DNA from: Octopus bimaculoides
Lineage: Eukaryota
Assembly: GCF_001194135.2 (NCBI RefSeq)
Contig: NC_068982.1
Location: forward strand, 13,432,894-13,470,615
DNA: 37,722 nt
Direction of reading: 5' to 3'
In this document: positions 1 to 12,045 of the stretch, piece after piece
Layout of the letters: the number at the start of each line of letters is the position of its first letter
Position numbering within the stretch: the first letter of the stretch is position 1
Translations under genes and position numbers: made by a program
The notes under the pieces: model-generated
The model's database searches: none
Seen by the model: only the letters and a program-made list of their open reading frames with translations
Told to the model about the DNA's origin: nothing

Positions 1-212
1 TATATATATTCAGGATGGTAGCTTTGCCAATTTTACACTATTTGTTTGATCTTCCCCTTTTAGCTTTATTGTTATTTTAATTAGTTTATTTGTCAGAATT
101 GTTTTGTTATACATTCTGTAACCTTTTCAATGACTATCTGTTTTTCATGCCTCCTCTTCTCTATGGTCTTGTCTTATCTATTCCATCATGTCTTTCTGTG
201 AAATTGAAGAGG

Positions 213-249
213 TCACAAAATGTGTGACGAAAGAACTCTGGCAAATAAA
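213..249 (-). CDS. Possible terminal exon of the tentative minus-strand gene (SLFARVLSSHIL* if entered in phase 2)
   Basis: AG at 250-251 (attattag). Phase-compatible with the 822-883 candidate exon. Another frame (YLPEFFRHTFCDLF...) is also open, so the frame is uncertain. Confidence 0.15.
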
Positions 250-554
250 CTAATAATAATAATGAAGTTAAAGTGAAGACCAAATAAACAGTGAGTGTGT
301 TATTGGCAAAATGACCATCCCCAATTAAAACAATATATATCTCAATGCACAATTTCACATCAAGAGTCTTGTAAAACAAATACATAAATGAATATACATA
401 CATCTAGATGCACACACATAAATATATATATATTTACATACATACATATATATATATATACACACACACACAAATACACACATATATATAGATATATATA
501 GATACATGCGTGCACACATATACTTATATAAATACATATTATATATATATGTGT

Positions 555-597
<43 letters not shown>

Positions 598-656
598 GTA
601 GGTGAGTTCAGCAAAAATTTAGATTCAGATAAATGTGGTACTTAAATTGAGGCACC

Positions 657-666
657 NNNNNNNNNN
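657..666. other. Assembly gap (10 N)
   Basis: Run of n. Confidence 1.
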
Positions 667-678
667 ACGGTATTTTCC

Positions 679-679
<1 letters not shown>

Positions 680-770
<91 letters not shown>

Positions 771-786
771 ATGTATATATATATAT
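680..786. repeat. (TA)n/(TG)n compound microsatellite; similar tracts at 395-595, 1400-1432, 2321-2408, 5330-5425, 9965-10065, 29135-29227, 33320-33462, 36575-36712
   Basis: Dinucleotide runs read directly. Confidence 0.95.
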
Positions 787-821
787 AAATTTGATGAATT
801 CAAATAATAAATAAGTATAAC

Positions 822-883
822 CTGAAATACTGAATTGTTTTTAAAAAGTTATAACGAAAGAAATCTCGATGCACGGAGTTGAC
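822..883 (-). CDS. Candidate exon VNSVHRDFFRYNFLKTIQYF (phase 0 to 2)
   Basis: Acceptor ttttttttatatag, weak donor gttata. Only one frame is open. No homology recognised. Confidence 0.3.
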
Positions 884-1404
884 CTATATAAAAAAAATAT
901 CTTTGTTGGAACCAGTTATTGATAAGAATGATAATGGTTGTTAACAATATAATGGCTAATAATGGCATTGATGCTAATAATGATCATTAAAATAATGATG
1001 GAGATGATGTCAGTGGCATTAACGATGCAGCTGACGATGATAACGATGATGGGAGAAATAATGACGGTTATTTTGATAGTGTGCTATACTGGTGGTGACG
1101 ACGGTGATGATGATGGTGATGATGATGATGACAACTTATTCAATAAATTATAAATGATAACTAATTTAATAAGCAGGAAATCAAGCAAGAGACAACCAAT
1201 GTAATATTGTGGTACTCTTGACACATGACTTTTTTCCTTTCCTTTCACAGACAACAAATGTTATATAGATAGACACTACCATCTGACTTTTTATGTGGCC
1301 CTTGACATCTCAGTAAAATGAAAATTGAAAACATTTGATGGAAAATAATGTAATTATTCTTCATGCCCGCTTCTTCTTTTCATTTATATGTATTTATATA
1401 TTTA

Positions 1405-1436
<32 letters not shown>

Positions 1437-1904
1437 TTTATTTATTATTTAGTTATTCATTTATTCACTTTTCCATTTTGTCTTATATTTTGCCTTCTGA
1501 GATACAATCAGTTAATCAATTATTTTACATTGTTTGAAGTGAATATTTTCTGCATGCTAATTGGACGATCAGATGTATTCTGCTACAATGTAAAGAATAC
1601 ATCATTGATGATTCATTCGTTCTATTTTGCTTGGCAAGGTGTTCTTTAATTACCAATCTTAACTAATGAAGATAATATTTAAAGATAGGCTTCGTGTAAA
1701 TTGAATCTTTTTAAATTTAGTTGTTAAGAAATGGTTGAAAGGAAGAAAGAAACATATTGTTTCCTATACTGTCAGCGAAGAAATGAAATATTGGTATCGT
1801 CTGTTCTATCATGAAATTATTGTTTCATATATGTACGTATGTAATGTGTGATGTATATGTATGCATTTGTGTTTGAGCATACATATATATATATATATAT
1901 ATAT

Positions 1905-2320
1905 NNNNNNNNNNNNNNNNNNNNNNNNNNNNNNNNNNNNNNNNNNNNNNNNNNNNNNNNNNNNNNNNNNNNNNNNNNNNNNNNNNNNNNNNNNNNNNNN
2001 NNNNNNNNNNNNNNNNNNNNNNNNNNNNNNNNNNNNNNNNNNNNNNNNNNNNNNNNNNNNNNNNNNNNNNNNNNNNNNNNNNNNNNNNNNNNNNNNNNNN
2101 NNNNNNNNNNNNNNNNNNNNNNNNNNNNNNNNNNNNNNNNNNNNNNNNNNNNNNNNNNNNNNNNNNNNNNNNNNNNNNNNNNNNNNNNNNNNNNNNNNNN
2201 NNNNNNNNNNNNNNNNNNNNNNNNNNNNNNNNNNNNNNNNNNNNNNNNNNNNNNNNNNNNNNNNNNNNNNNNNNNNNNNNNNNNNNNNNNNNNNNNNNNN
2301 NNNNNNNNNNNNNNNNNNNN
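1905..2320. other. Assembly gap flanked by (TA)n
   Basis: Run of n. Confidence 1.
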
Positions 2321-2381
<61 letters not shown>

Positions 2382-3292
2382 GTATATATATGTATATGTA
2401 TGTATATATCTGATAAAATGGTTTGTTAAAATATTCATTGGTGTGTGAATATAGTTTTATTATGCTGTATTTAATTATCTGCTTTTAATTAAAACTGGCT
2501 TCTGACATTAAAAATTTTTTAAATTATGTGCTTCATTTTGTGATAATGATAGTGAATATAGTGTATATATATATATATATATATATATGCATATATACAT
2601 ACATATATATAAATATGTGCTTCTATGTATGTATGTGTACATGTATGTCTGTATGTATATTGGTATATGTTTTTTTTTTTGTGCTTGCATGTTGTTCTCT
2701 TCCTATAAATACTCAAAATGTGCCAGTGGGTATGGAGTTTTCTATTATCTAAATACAAACTGCGTATTTAAAGGCTGATAATTCAGTTATAGCAAACAAT
2801 GCTACGGTGCATTGACAACATCCAATAATCCTGAATTATTAGTGCAAACAGCTGGGTGTACGTAATGTTTGTAATTTGTATGTAGATTTTTATCTAGTTA
2901 AAATCAGCATCGGAACTACATCTTTAAGCAGATATTGCATAGTTATTTCCAAGCAGGTAGTTAGACATGTTACCTTAGTGCATTAGCTTGAACAATTCAA
3001 GTAACAACACTGTATATGTAACGGTGTAGTCTCAGCAGAGTTATTTATTAAACACATTTATTTCAGTGGAGTCTGTTTGAGAAGAAGACATTAAAAATAG
3101 CATTGAATACATACACTTGTGATACAATTATTGTATGGTGGCTTAAACATTCATTCTTTCACAATTGGTGAAGTAATTACAAGTAATATACTGTGATAAA
3201 AATATAAGGTAGTGAGCTGGTAGAATCGTTAGTATGCCAGGTAGCAGTGGTGGTGGACATGGTGCGATAGTGGTGTTGATGATGATGATGAT

Positions 3293-3475
3293 AATGACTC
3301 TCTGCTTTTTTTCTCTCCTTGTTTCTTTCTGTGTTCCTTTCTGTGGAAGAGCGTAGGCTCGAAACATTAAAGACTTTTTCAATTCCCGAGCATTATACTA
3401 ATACATCTGTTTGTTTTCTACACCACCTGTCTTCATCTGTTGTTTTCTTGTGAATTCTCCCTATATATATATACA
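3293..3475 (+). mobile_element. Short PLE pseudo-LTR-like repeat with a degenerate hammerhead-like core and a (TA)n tail
   Basis: ctgtgga-a-gagc-gtag-gctc-gaaac at 3341-3365. Same architecture as the repeats at 33455-33680 and 37289-37417. Confidence 0.5.
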
Positions 3476-3560
3476 CACTATATTTTATATGTATACATAC
3501 ATTGGTCACATGATGATCAGCCATTTTATTAACTTTCTATAAATACATCACTGCGCTTAC

Positions 3561-3593
3561 GTTTAGAGTGTGCTTCTTTTTCAGATATATGAC
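3561..3593 (-). CDS. Candidate 33-nt exon (VIYLKKKHTLN, phase 0 to 0)
   Basis: Acceptor cagtag, donor gtaagc. Phase-compatible with the neighbouring candidates. Confidence 0.2.
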
Positions 3594-3608
3594 CTACTGA
3601 CGATATAT

Positions 3609-3918
3609 ATGGGTTCAGTCCCACTGTGTAGCACCTTGGGTAAATATCTTCTATTATACACTCGGGATTTGGTAGATGGAAACTGAAAGAAGCCTGTCAT
3701 GTATATATATAAGTAAATATGTGAAGTATTATACTGTTAAAAATAGTAATAATGTATGCATTAGACTACCTTCAAATTCCATCCTGAAGGTAGGCCTATT
3801 TTTTAAAATATTCATTACATTGCTTGTGTGTGTATTTATTATAGAATTTGTTGTTTTTTTTAAGCTTTCGCTTTCATTTCTAGCAAGCGGTATCTTTACC
3901 CTTCTTTTCTTCAAATAT

Positions 3919-3961
<43 letters not shown>

Positions 3962-4201
3962 TTGTGTGTCTGTGTTTGTCCCCCACCACCATCACTTGAC
4001 AACCGATGCTGGTGTGTTTTTGTCCCTGTAACTTAATAGTTCAGCAATAGAGACTGATAGAATAAGTACTAGGTTTATTTTACTAGTCTCATTTTAAAAA
4101 CACAAATGTTGTGTGTTCAAGCCCAATACTGGCCAGTGATATTTTTTTTTCCAAGGTGGTGTCCCATCATAGCCGCAGTCCAATGAATGAAACAAAGTAA
4201 A
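3609..4201 (+). mobile_element. tRNA-derived SINE, family A, 5'-truncated, with about 200 bp of extra sequence in the central microsatellite linker
   Basis: B-box-like ggttcagtccc, ggaaactgaaagaagcc, and 3' half cttgacaaccgatgctggtgtg. Matches the copies at 21834 and 25876. Confidence 0.85.
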
Positions 4202-4440
4202 GTGAGATGTTCCAGTTATGGCCATCTCATCATTTTTATATCTCAAGGTATAGTTTGTCCAATTTATACTTTTGTATTTAGGATTATGACATGTGATAAG
4301 AAGTGAAGATGGAGTGATTTGGTTATTATGTCTGGCAGTCTGAGCAACTATGTAGGGGAGCAGTTCTCATCCATGTTTCCCAGGGATCCATGAAGCCTTC
4401 AAGCATCCTCCCAGCAGCCCCTGATGGTCTTCCCTCTATC

Positions 4441-4856
4441 AATATAATGATTTCACGTTTTGGCACAAGGATGGAAGGTTTGGTGATGGAAGGGAGGGGA
4501 CAAATTGATTGATTACATTGGCCTCTGGTACTCATTTTAGTAACCCTGAAAGGATGAAAGGTGAAGTTGACCTTGGCAGAATTTGAACTCAGGATGAATG
4601 AAATGCCACTAAGCATTTTCCTAGCGTGCTTATGATTCTTTTCTACTCTAGGCACAAGGCCCGAAAATTTTAGGGGAAGGAGCCATCGGTTATATCGACC
4701 CAAGTACGCAACTGGTACTTAATTTATTGACCCTGAAAAGATGAAATGTGAAGTCAACCTCAGTAGAAATTGAACTCGGAACATTGCGACAGGTTGAAAT
4801 ACTGCTAAGCATTTCACCCGGCATGCTAACATTTCAGCCAGCTCACTATCTTTTCA
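4441..4856 (-). mobile_element. Cluster of family-B SINE fragments
   Basis: Repeated ggtacttattttat..accc.gaaaggatgaaagg and gaatttgaactcag motifs, shared with 19737-19958 and 27886-28462. Confidence 0.8.
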
Positions 4857-5362
4857 AGTAATATAATAAAGTTTTCTTGAATTGATTTATGTTTTACTTG
4901 TTTTGGTGGTGCCCCCTAAAAAAACCCAGATTTTTGTCTGGCCTGAATATTAAAAAAGGTTCAGAACCACTGACTTAGAAGCCCCCTTTGCTAGCTATTG
5001 TAAAAGTTTGTGATGTAACCTGGAGTCTAATATTCTTGAGATATCTCCAGTAATATACAATGCAAGAACTCAGAATCAACAGCCATGATAACTCATGACA
5101 ATTAAGCTGCCCACTACATTTGCACTGACAATATATTTAAAAATAAAAATAATAAAAAAAATTCAGCTAAATTCTTTTGTTGATCAAAGCATTTAATATA
5201 TTATATTTCGTTGATCAAAAGCATTTAATATCTGTTCTCATCAGATATACACTTTTGAATTTTCTAGAAATAAATTTATTTTATAGTAGATTTTTTTCCT
5301 CTTTTCCTTTTTGCTTTTGTGTGTGCTTGTGTGTTATGTGTGTGTGTGTGTGTGTGCGTGTG

Positions 5363-5403
<41 letters not shown>

Positions 5404-6206
5404 GTGTGTGTGTGTCTGTGTGTGTAATTCTTTGCACAGAATTTGAAGATTAAACATCACATGAGGTATTAATTCTGAACATGTTTTCTCTTTATGAAGG
5501 CAATTAGTTTTGTCCTAAGTTTGAAAGGTTTAGAAAAGTTATGTGAGAACAGAAATAATCTCTTATCTTCTATCCACTACATTTTTCCCATGTATCTTTT
5601 TCATATGTATCCTCTAAAAACATCCATTTACCTTTCTTTTCTTTTTTTTGTCAGCAGTATATTTTTTTGTTTTGTTTTTCCCATTCCTATATTCAATTTG
5701 ATTGCCTGTTCAAATATTAATATATATTTATTAACTTCTAAACTATATTGTTAACAAACACATTAAATTTTTTTTTTCCACCTTCTCACAAAAGTGAAGA
5801 CAAAGAAATTCTGTTTGTTGACATGGTTGGTTAGCTGCAGGAATCATAGTCTTTATATAAATTTTATATTGAATTCTTTTTATGACTTTAAGATAACTAA
5901 AATTGGGAGAAAAATATATAAGTAATATCAAAACAAAAGTAAACTTAGATAAATAAAATGAAAGATTCAAATTAGCTCTTATGAAATAACGTTGTTGTTT
6001 TCCTTGCTCTTGCTGTTGTTGTGAAAGGTTGCTTTCATTTATTTATTTATTTATTTACTAATTTTTATGGAAACTGAATCTAACATAGATGGAGCATTGA
6101 TTTATTGAATACAACTTGCTGGAGTAGGGGGGAAACTTACCCTTTGTGTCAAAATAGCTGATTAATAACATTTTAGCTTAGAAGTTTCAGAAAGGAATCC
6201 ACTTAC

Positions 6207-6234
6207 AGTCAGTAGAAATTGAAGAATATTGATT
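6207..6234 (-). CDS. Candidate 28-nt exon (K-INILQFLLT, phase 2 to 0)
   Basis: Acceptor tttctctcctttag and donor gtaagt, both consensus. Confidence 0.35.
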
Positions 6235-6593
6235 CTAAAGGAGAGAAATTATAAAAATAAACAGTGAAAAAGCTAATAGTCAGAAGCTTTTTAGAATTTC
6301 CAGTAAATGGGAAAGTATATGCTCTCATTAAGTTTGACTTTATGATATTATGAAACTTAAATGCTTCGCTATTTTTAATGGAGAGATTCTAACCAAACAT
6401 TATGTGTGTCTGTATAGTCTACATTATGGATTCACTGAGAAGTTCAGTACAAGAATAAAGGATAGATATAAATAATTACAATGTATGTCATGTTTGCAAG
6501 AAACAGAAGTGTGAAATCGAAGAAGTATATCTTTAAACCTTGAACTCATTACATCTATTCAAGATGATGATATTACAATTTAAATTTGTGTAC

Positions 6594-6677
6594 TTTTGAG
6601 ATTTCACAGCTCTAGATTCAAGTATTTTTAATCTCTGTACTAAATTATTTGAAATGAGGATTTCATGGAATGAATTC
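6594..6677 (-). CDS. Candidate 84-nt exon NSFHEILISNNLVQRLKILESRAVKSQ (phase 2 to 2)
   Basis: Acceptor ctcaacttgcag. Only this frame is open. Donor gtacac is weak. Amphipathic-helix-like peptide. Confidence 0.35.
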
Positions 6678-6718
6678 CTGCAAGTTGAGTGGAGAATAAA
6701 CAAAGGATGATGGGTGTA

Positions 6719-7160
6719 GGGAGGAGGAGGAGGAGATGAAGAAGAAGAAGAAGAAGAAGAAGAAGAAGAAGAAGAAGAAGAAGAAGAAGAAGAAAAGGAA
6801 GAAGAGAAGAAGAAGAGAAGAAGAGAAGGAGAAAAAGAGAAGATGAGAAGAAGATAAGAAGAGAAGGAGAAAAAGGAGAAGAAGGAGAATAAGAGGAGAA
6901 GGAGAGAAGAGAAGAAGAGAAGAAGAGAAGAAAAGAAGAAAAGAAAAGAAGAAAAGAAAAGAGAAGAAAATAAAAGAGAAGAAAAGAAGAAAAGAAAAGA
7001 AGAGAAGAAAAGAAGAAAAGAAAAGAGAGGAAAAGAAGAAGAAAAAGAAGAAAAGAAAAGAAAAACAAAAGAAAAACAAAAGAAAAAAAGAAAAGAAAAG
7101 AAGAAGAAGAAAAGAAAAGAAGAAAAGAAAAGAAGAGAAGTAAAGAAAAGAAGAAGAAGT
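6719..7160. repeat. About 440-bp polypurine/polypyrimidine tract: (GGA)n, about 24 perfect GAA units, then degenerate GAA/GAAAA/GAGAA
   Basis: Almost only A and G on the plus strand. Confidence 0.95.
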
Positions 7161-7166
7161 AAATAC

Positions 7167-7210
7167 TTGTTTAACTGTTGAAGAATTTGAATGACAGCTT
7201 TTGATATCAC
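7167..7210 (-). CDS. Candidate 44-nt exon VISKAVIQILQQLN (phase 0 to 2)
   Basis: Acceptor ctttcttttattttag, donor gtattt. Joins 6594-6677 in frame. Confidence 0.35.
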
Positions 7211-7493
7211 CTAAAATAAAAGAAAGCAGATGAACTACATGTTGATATTGAAGCTTAGAGAAGGTTAGTTTACCAAATATTTGTTAATTTATTATGGTAA
7301 GAAAATAAAATAAATATTTTCTAAAATACGAAGTTAACTAACTTCATAAATTACTGTTCTTATCTTATGCCAGACTTTCACTTTATCTTTGTACAAAGAC
7401 AAGAAAACATTCACTAATAGGAACATAATTTCATCTCCTCCTCTTTATCAGCTTCAGACATGATGAAAAAGAATGAATTTCAATACAATGTCT

Positions 7494-7494
<1 letters not shown>

Positions 7495-7568
<74 letters not shown>

Positions 7569-7572
7569 GTCA
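7495..7572. repeat. (CAT)n microsatellite, about 25 units
   Basis: Near-perfect trinucleotide run. Confidence 0.95.
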
Positions 7573-7736
7573 TTTAAAGCCTTATGACTATGATGTAACA
7601 TAACTCCGGATGAACTTTCATGACAGCCATATTACATAGCTAAGAATGCATTCTAAAAATCTAGACACTTCTACAAAAACAAAAGATTCTTCATTTTTAA
7701 CCAGTTGCTGAAAAGTTCAACTCTGACCTAAATTAC

Positions 7737-7954
7737 CCCTTTAGCATTTAAACCGACCATATCTGGCTCAAATATATTACCTGTTTTATGTTCAACCCAG
7801 CCAGATCCAACCTTCCATACCTACCCAACGATGTTATTTTAAAAATAAACAATCACATCGTTGAAATTTCAGAGCTATGAGATAATGCAGGATTAATTCA
7901 AAACAATGGATAAATATGTATTACATTTGACAGAATAATTTGAATGCTAAAGGG
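7737..7954. mobile_element. piggyBac-type MITE
   Basis: Terminal inverted repeats ccctttagcatt / aatgctaaaggg, flanked by degenerate TTAA-like sites (ttac, ttta). No ORF. Confidence 0.7.
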
Positions 7955-9073
7955 TTTAAATTCTCAATCTTTGAGTTTCTGCAGTTGTAGGAAACAAAGA
8001 AATGTTCAAGAATAGATTCCCAAAAAATCATTTTGGGTGACTGTAAAAAAGGACGAAATAAATCTGTTTTTAATGGAAAACAATAGTGAATATTGACTTT
8101 TTACCCCACCCTCCCCAAAAGACGGTATTAGTGGTTGAAATAAAGTGAAATGACTTCTATTCAAGTAAAATCAGATTGCTAACCCAGCTCGCAATGTGAA
8201 TAGCAACAGTAATAAAAATAAATAGTAATAGTAGTAGCTGTAATAGTAGTAACTGTAATAGTAGTAGTAGTGTTTCACAATGTACTTCATTTGGGAAGAG
8301 CAGCAATTGAAGTGATAATAGCGACAACTATCTGAATAATTACATCAAATAAAATATTGCATCAGAAGGTGCCTCAAATAATATTCGAAATTCTTAAGCA
8401 ATTATAAGATCAGCATGAAAATATCACATAATATTTGGATAAAGTGATGGTTGTTTTTTCCCTTTTTCAAGGTGCAAAACTCAGGAGAGATGGCAATCAA
8501 AGTTGATATTGATTGTATCGGAATTCAAAACCTAGAGGGATAAAACTAAATAGTAAACACCATTTAATCTGATGCTCTATCTGTTAACTCTTATGGTATT
8601 ATGGCTAAAGCAATATTAAAGGACAAATAAGAAGCATATTAAAAAATGTATTTAAAATATCTGATAATAAAGATAGCCTTCTATTTAAATTGTTATATGA
8701 TATTATTAATGAACTTTTTGTTTTTTTGTTTTTTGAAATTCAGTATTTTACTAATAGCTCAATATTTCAGCTATTATCTGGCCATCATGTTCAGCAGAAA
8801 ATTAATTTTCATACTGTCCAGGGAGATCAATGTAAGAGATTTTTAGCACAGATGAAGTAATGAAATTACATTAGCCAATAAAATCACGAGGTTACATGAA
8901 GCAAGATGATCTACAACTATTTCCATTCCATTCACATTTGAATGACTTTCAACTTTGATTTGATTTTCTAGGGTCATATTTATCAAATATTTCAATTTGA
9001 TGCACTCAAAATTAGAAACAATGTACTCGAGAATCTTTGCATTATACAATTATTTTTTAATATATACTCTTAC

Positions 9074-9093
9074 AGTAATTGCTAGCAAGTACA
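9074..9093 (-). CDS. Candidate 20-nt microexon (xYLLAIT or VLASNY)
   Basis: Acceptor ttcctgtctgcttacag and donor gtaaga. Confidence 0.25.
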
Positions 9094-9983
9094 CTGTAAG
9101 CAGACAGGAAATATATTTCAACTAAGTGTACTTGCTATTCCCCAGAGAAAGCTATTATAGATCAATATACATTGTTTCTAGTTTACCTTGTCAAGCTTCA
9201 GTTCTGCTTGTCTCTTTTTAATGGAAATTCCCAGTAGTTTTCATTTTGAATTACTACTGTAATTCTACATTATATGGTTCATTCTGTGAACACATCCAAA
9301 TTTTGTTACTAAATGAAAATGTTAACAATAATCAGTTCACTTTCTATTATAAGATTCCATATATCCATGTTATTTTATTAGATATTTATTCACAATCTTG
9401 CAGATGATATTGAAAGAACTGGAAACATTTCACAAGCTAGTAACCAATTTAGCAGGTATTATAAAGAGTTTTAACACTCCATTCATTATACTGTATCCTA
9501 AAGGCAATGCATATTACTCTCTTTGCTATGATCTAATTAACTGAAAAATAAATATCATACCATCACAACTGAGTGATTAATTATTGTTTGATAAATCCAT
9601 TGATACAACAAGAAAATCATTTTGCAACATTATGAAAATATCTAAGCAACTTCTAAATATATTTGTGGAATTAATAACTTATAACTAATATAAAAAAGCT
9701 GTAAAATTGTTAAGTTGAAGTTATTAACAACTGAAATTGATAAAATAAATGAAGCTTTCATCTGTATCAATATAAAATTGTTTCTCACTATTTGACAACC
9801 AATGCTGGTTTGTGAGTATATTTATGACTTAGCTGTTCGACAAAAGGTAAGTGATAAGATAAGCAGTAGACTTAAAAATAAAAGTTGATTTGATCAAAAC
9901 ACTTTGAGGTAGCAATCTAGCATGGCTACTGATCAATAACTGAAACATGTAAAAGAACAAAAGAACACACACACACACACACA

Positions 9984-10069
<86 letters not shown>

Positions 10070-11151
10070 TTTCCTGTTCTTCAGGATTAATAGAACTGTA
10101 TTTTTGATATAGTTTCAGAAATCAGAAATCTGAAGAACATTTTTATGTATCTATCAATCTATCTATTTTTTCATCTACCTATATATCTTTCTAAATATCA
10201 GTGTATATTTACACATACACATATACATATGCATATAATGTGTGTGTATATATACATACATACATACATATATTTATATATATTTTTATATATGAGGAGG
10301 TGGACAAATGAAAGAAAAAGGCACTCAACACATTTAGAAAGAGTTACATTTTTTAGTATTTAAAACTGGTTGATTCAGTTCCATGTGACATCAAGTTTCA
10401 CAGGCTTCTAACAGAAATATATAGGGCATATAATGTGTGTGTGTGTGTGTGTATTTGTGTACGTGCATGTGTGTGTATCATACAATACCTTAATGCTGTG
10501 TGTAATGAGATCTTTGTTGGCAGGCTGATGGCTAAGATCATATATGATCTGAGCTACTTAGATTACATCTTTTAACTTGAATAGTCTAAGTTTGATGTAA
10601 TTTCAGTATAGTCCTAAGCACATCTATTCAATTTACAGCAGATGTGGTATTTGAATCTCATAAATGGTGTTACATGTCTCAAAATTATGCATGTTTTCAT
10701 GTCTCAAAATTATGCATACATCCATACATTTATACATGCACATACTTATGTCTATATATGTCTGCATATGTGTCTGTGTTTATTTAATTATTGTGTCTCA
10801 CAATGAATTAGATTCTATAAATTAGATTCTATGTTTCAGAGGTGACTGGACAGATATCAGAAAATAAATGTGAAATTTTCTTGAAGCTTATTTGACATCT
10901 GTCCACAAGTTAAGTAGGAAAGTTGAACACTAAAGATCTACACATATAAATGAAAAAAAAAAAGCTTTATTAAAATGTTTGAAATTTGATGAAATTCTCC
11001 AAAAAAATGGTTGTTTTCTTTTAAAGGGACACAAAATATCTTGAAATTAAATAACAAGAAGCTACAGAGAGAATGAATTTTCTGTATACCAGTGTAGTAG
11101 TGGCGATGGTAGAGGGTTTTGTGGTGTTTGCGACCTTTTATCTTTTGTTTT

Positions 11152-11340
11152 AGTCATCACATTTTGGCCATGCTGGAGCAATGCATTCAAGGTTTTAGGT
11201 AAACTAATTAACCACAATACTTATTTTTTTCTGCCTAGTACTTATTCTCTCAGTCACTTTGTTTTTTTTTTGTTGAACCACTAACTTACGGGGACATAAA
11301 CAAACCAATACCAGTTGTTAAGTGGTGGTGGAAGCAACAC
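11152..11340 (-). mobile_element. Family-A SINE 3' half, diverged
   Basis: ggccatgctggagca ... ttacggggacataaac motifs. Confidence 0.7.
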
Positions 11341-12045
11341 ATAGGGGTATGTATATATATGTTAGGTTATATTTTGTTAGGAACGTAGTAGAGTACAGTA
11401 TAAAGCTCGTCCACCTTCATATCTCACCCAGTATTATCCAACAGTAGTATTATACCTACTGCCAGATTTGCCTCGGGGCTTCTGTAGTGTGTGAATGGAT
11501 AATTGAATAAGTTGGAGTCAAGAAGAATTACAGAGGAACATTTACTTGTAGTCACAACAATTGTTTCCACACAATGTAGTTCTCCAGATTTACAGGTATT
11601 TAGTTATGTAACTCTTTCCCTGCATTATGAGATTTTATTGTGTTTCGTCAGGTGATATATAAATATTGTTTCTGTGATCTGTAAACTCAGATTTTCAGCT
11701 TCAACTGCACCACTGCTGTCTGTCATGGATACTTATAAATAGAAAACATTATAAAAAATATTGGAAAATTATACATCTTCAAAACTTGTTTATTACAAAA
11801 TTCTTCACATTACATTCATGATACATTTCAGTCCTGACATGTGCTCCTGCTGCATAAATGTCCCTTGACATAGAATTCATGTGCATTCAGTTGATACAGT
11901 TGTGGTATATATTCATCCAGGATAGACGTATTCATGCAGCTTTATTCGAGGTTGTACTCATGTGGGTGGATGAAGAGATATGAATATAATACAACATGTA
12001 TGTATATGTAGATACATGTATGTGTATGTATATATATATATATAT

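Noticed and set aside
1251-1312. Plus-strand exon-like segment NKCYIDRHYHLTFYVALDIS with a strong acceptor and a faint vWA DxS look
   Set aside because: It ends in phase 0, and the next candidate (1541-1640) then opens with a stop. No in-frame chain could be built.
5178-5232. Short direct duplications (also 10673-10717, 13488-13535, 30424-30458)
   Set aside because: Two to four copies of 10-25 bp, typical of slippage. There are no spacers or cas genes, so not CRISPR-like.
8843-9049. 68-aa minus ORF with an ARM-like look (ENQIKV...NGMEIVVDHLASCN)
   Set aside because: Joining it to the adjacent microexon creates a stop or changes frame. It could not be placed in the chain and is left unresolved.
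9404-9455. Plus-strand exon-like segments with good splice sites (also 19235 onward, 28579-28667, about 31406-31517)
   Set aside because: They are isolated, with no recognisable homology and no consistent chain. They would need RNA-seq.
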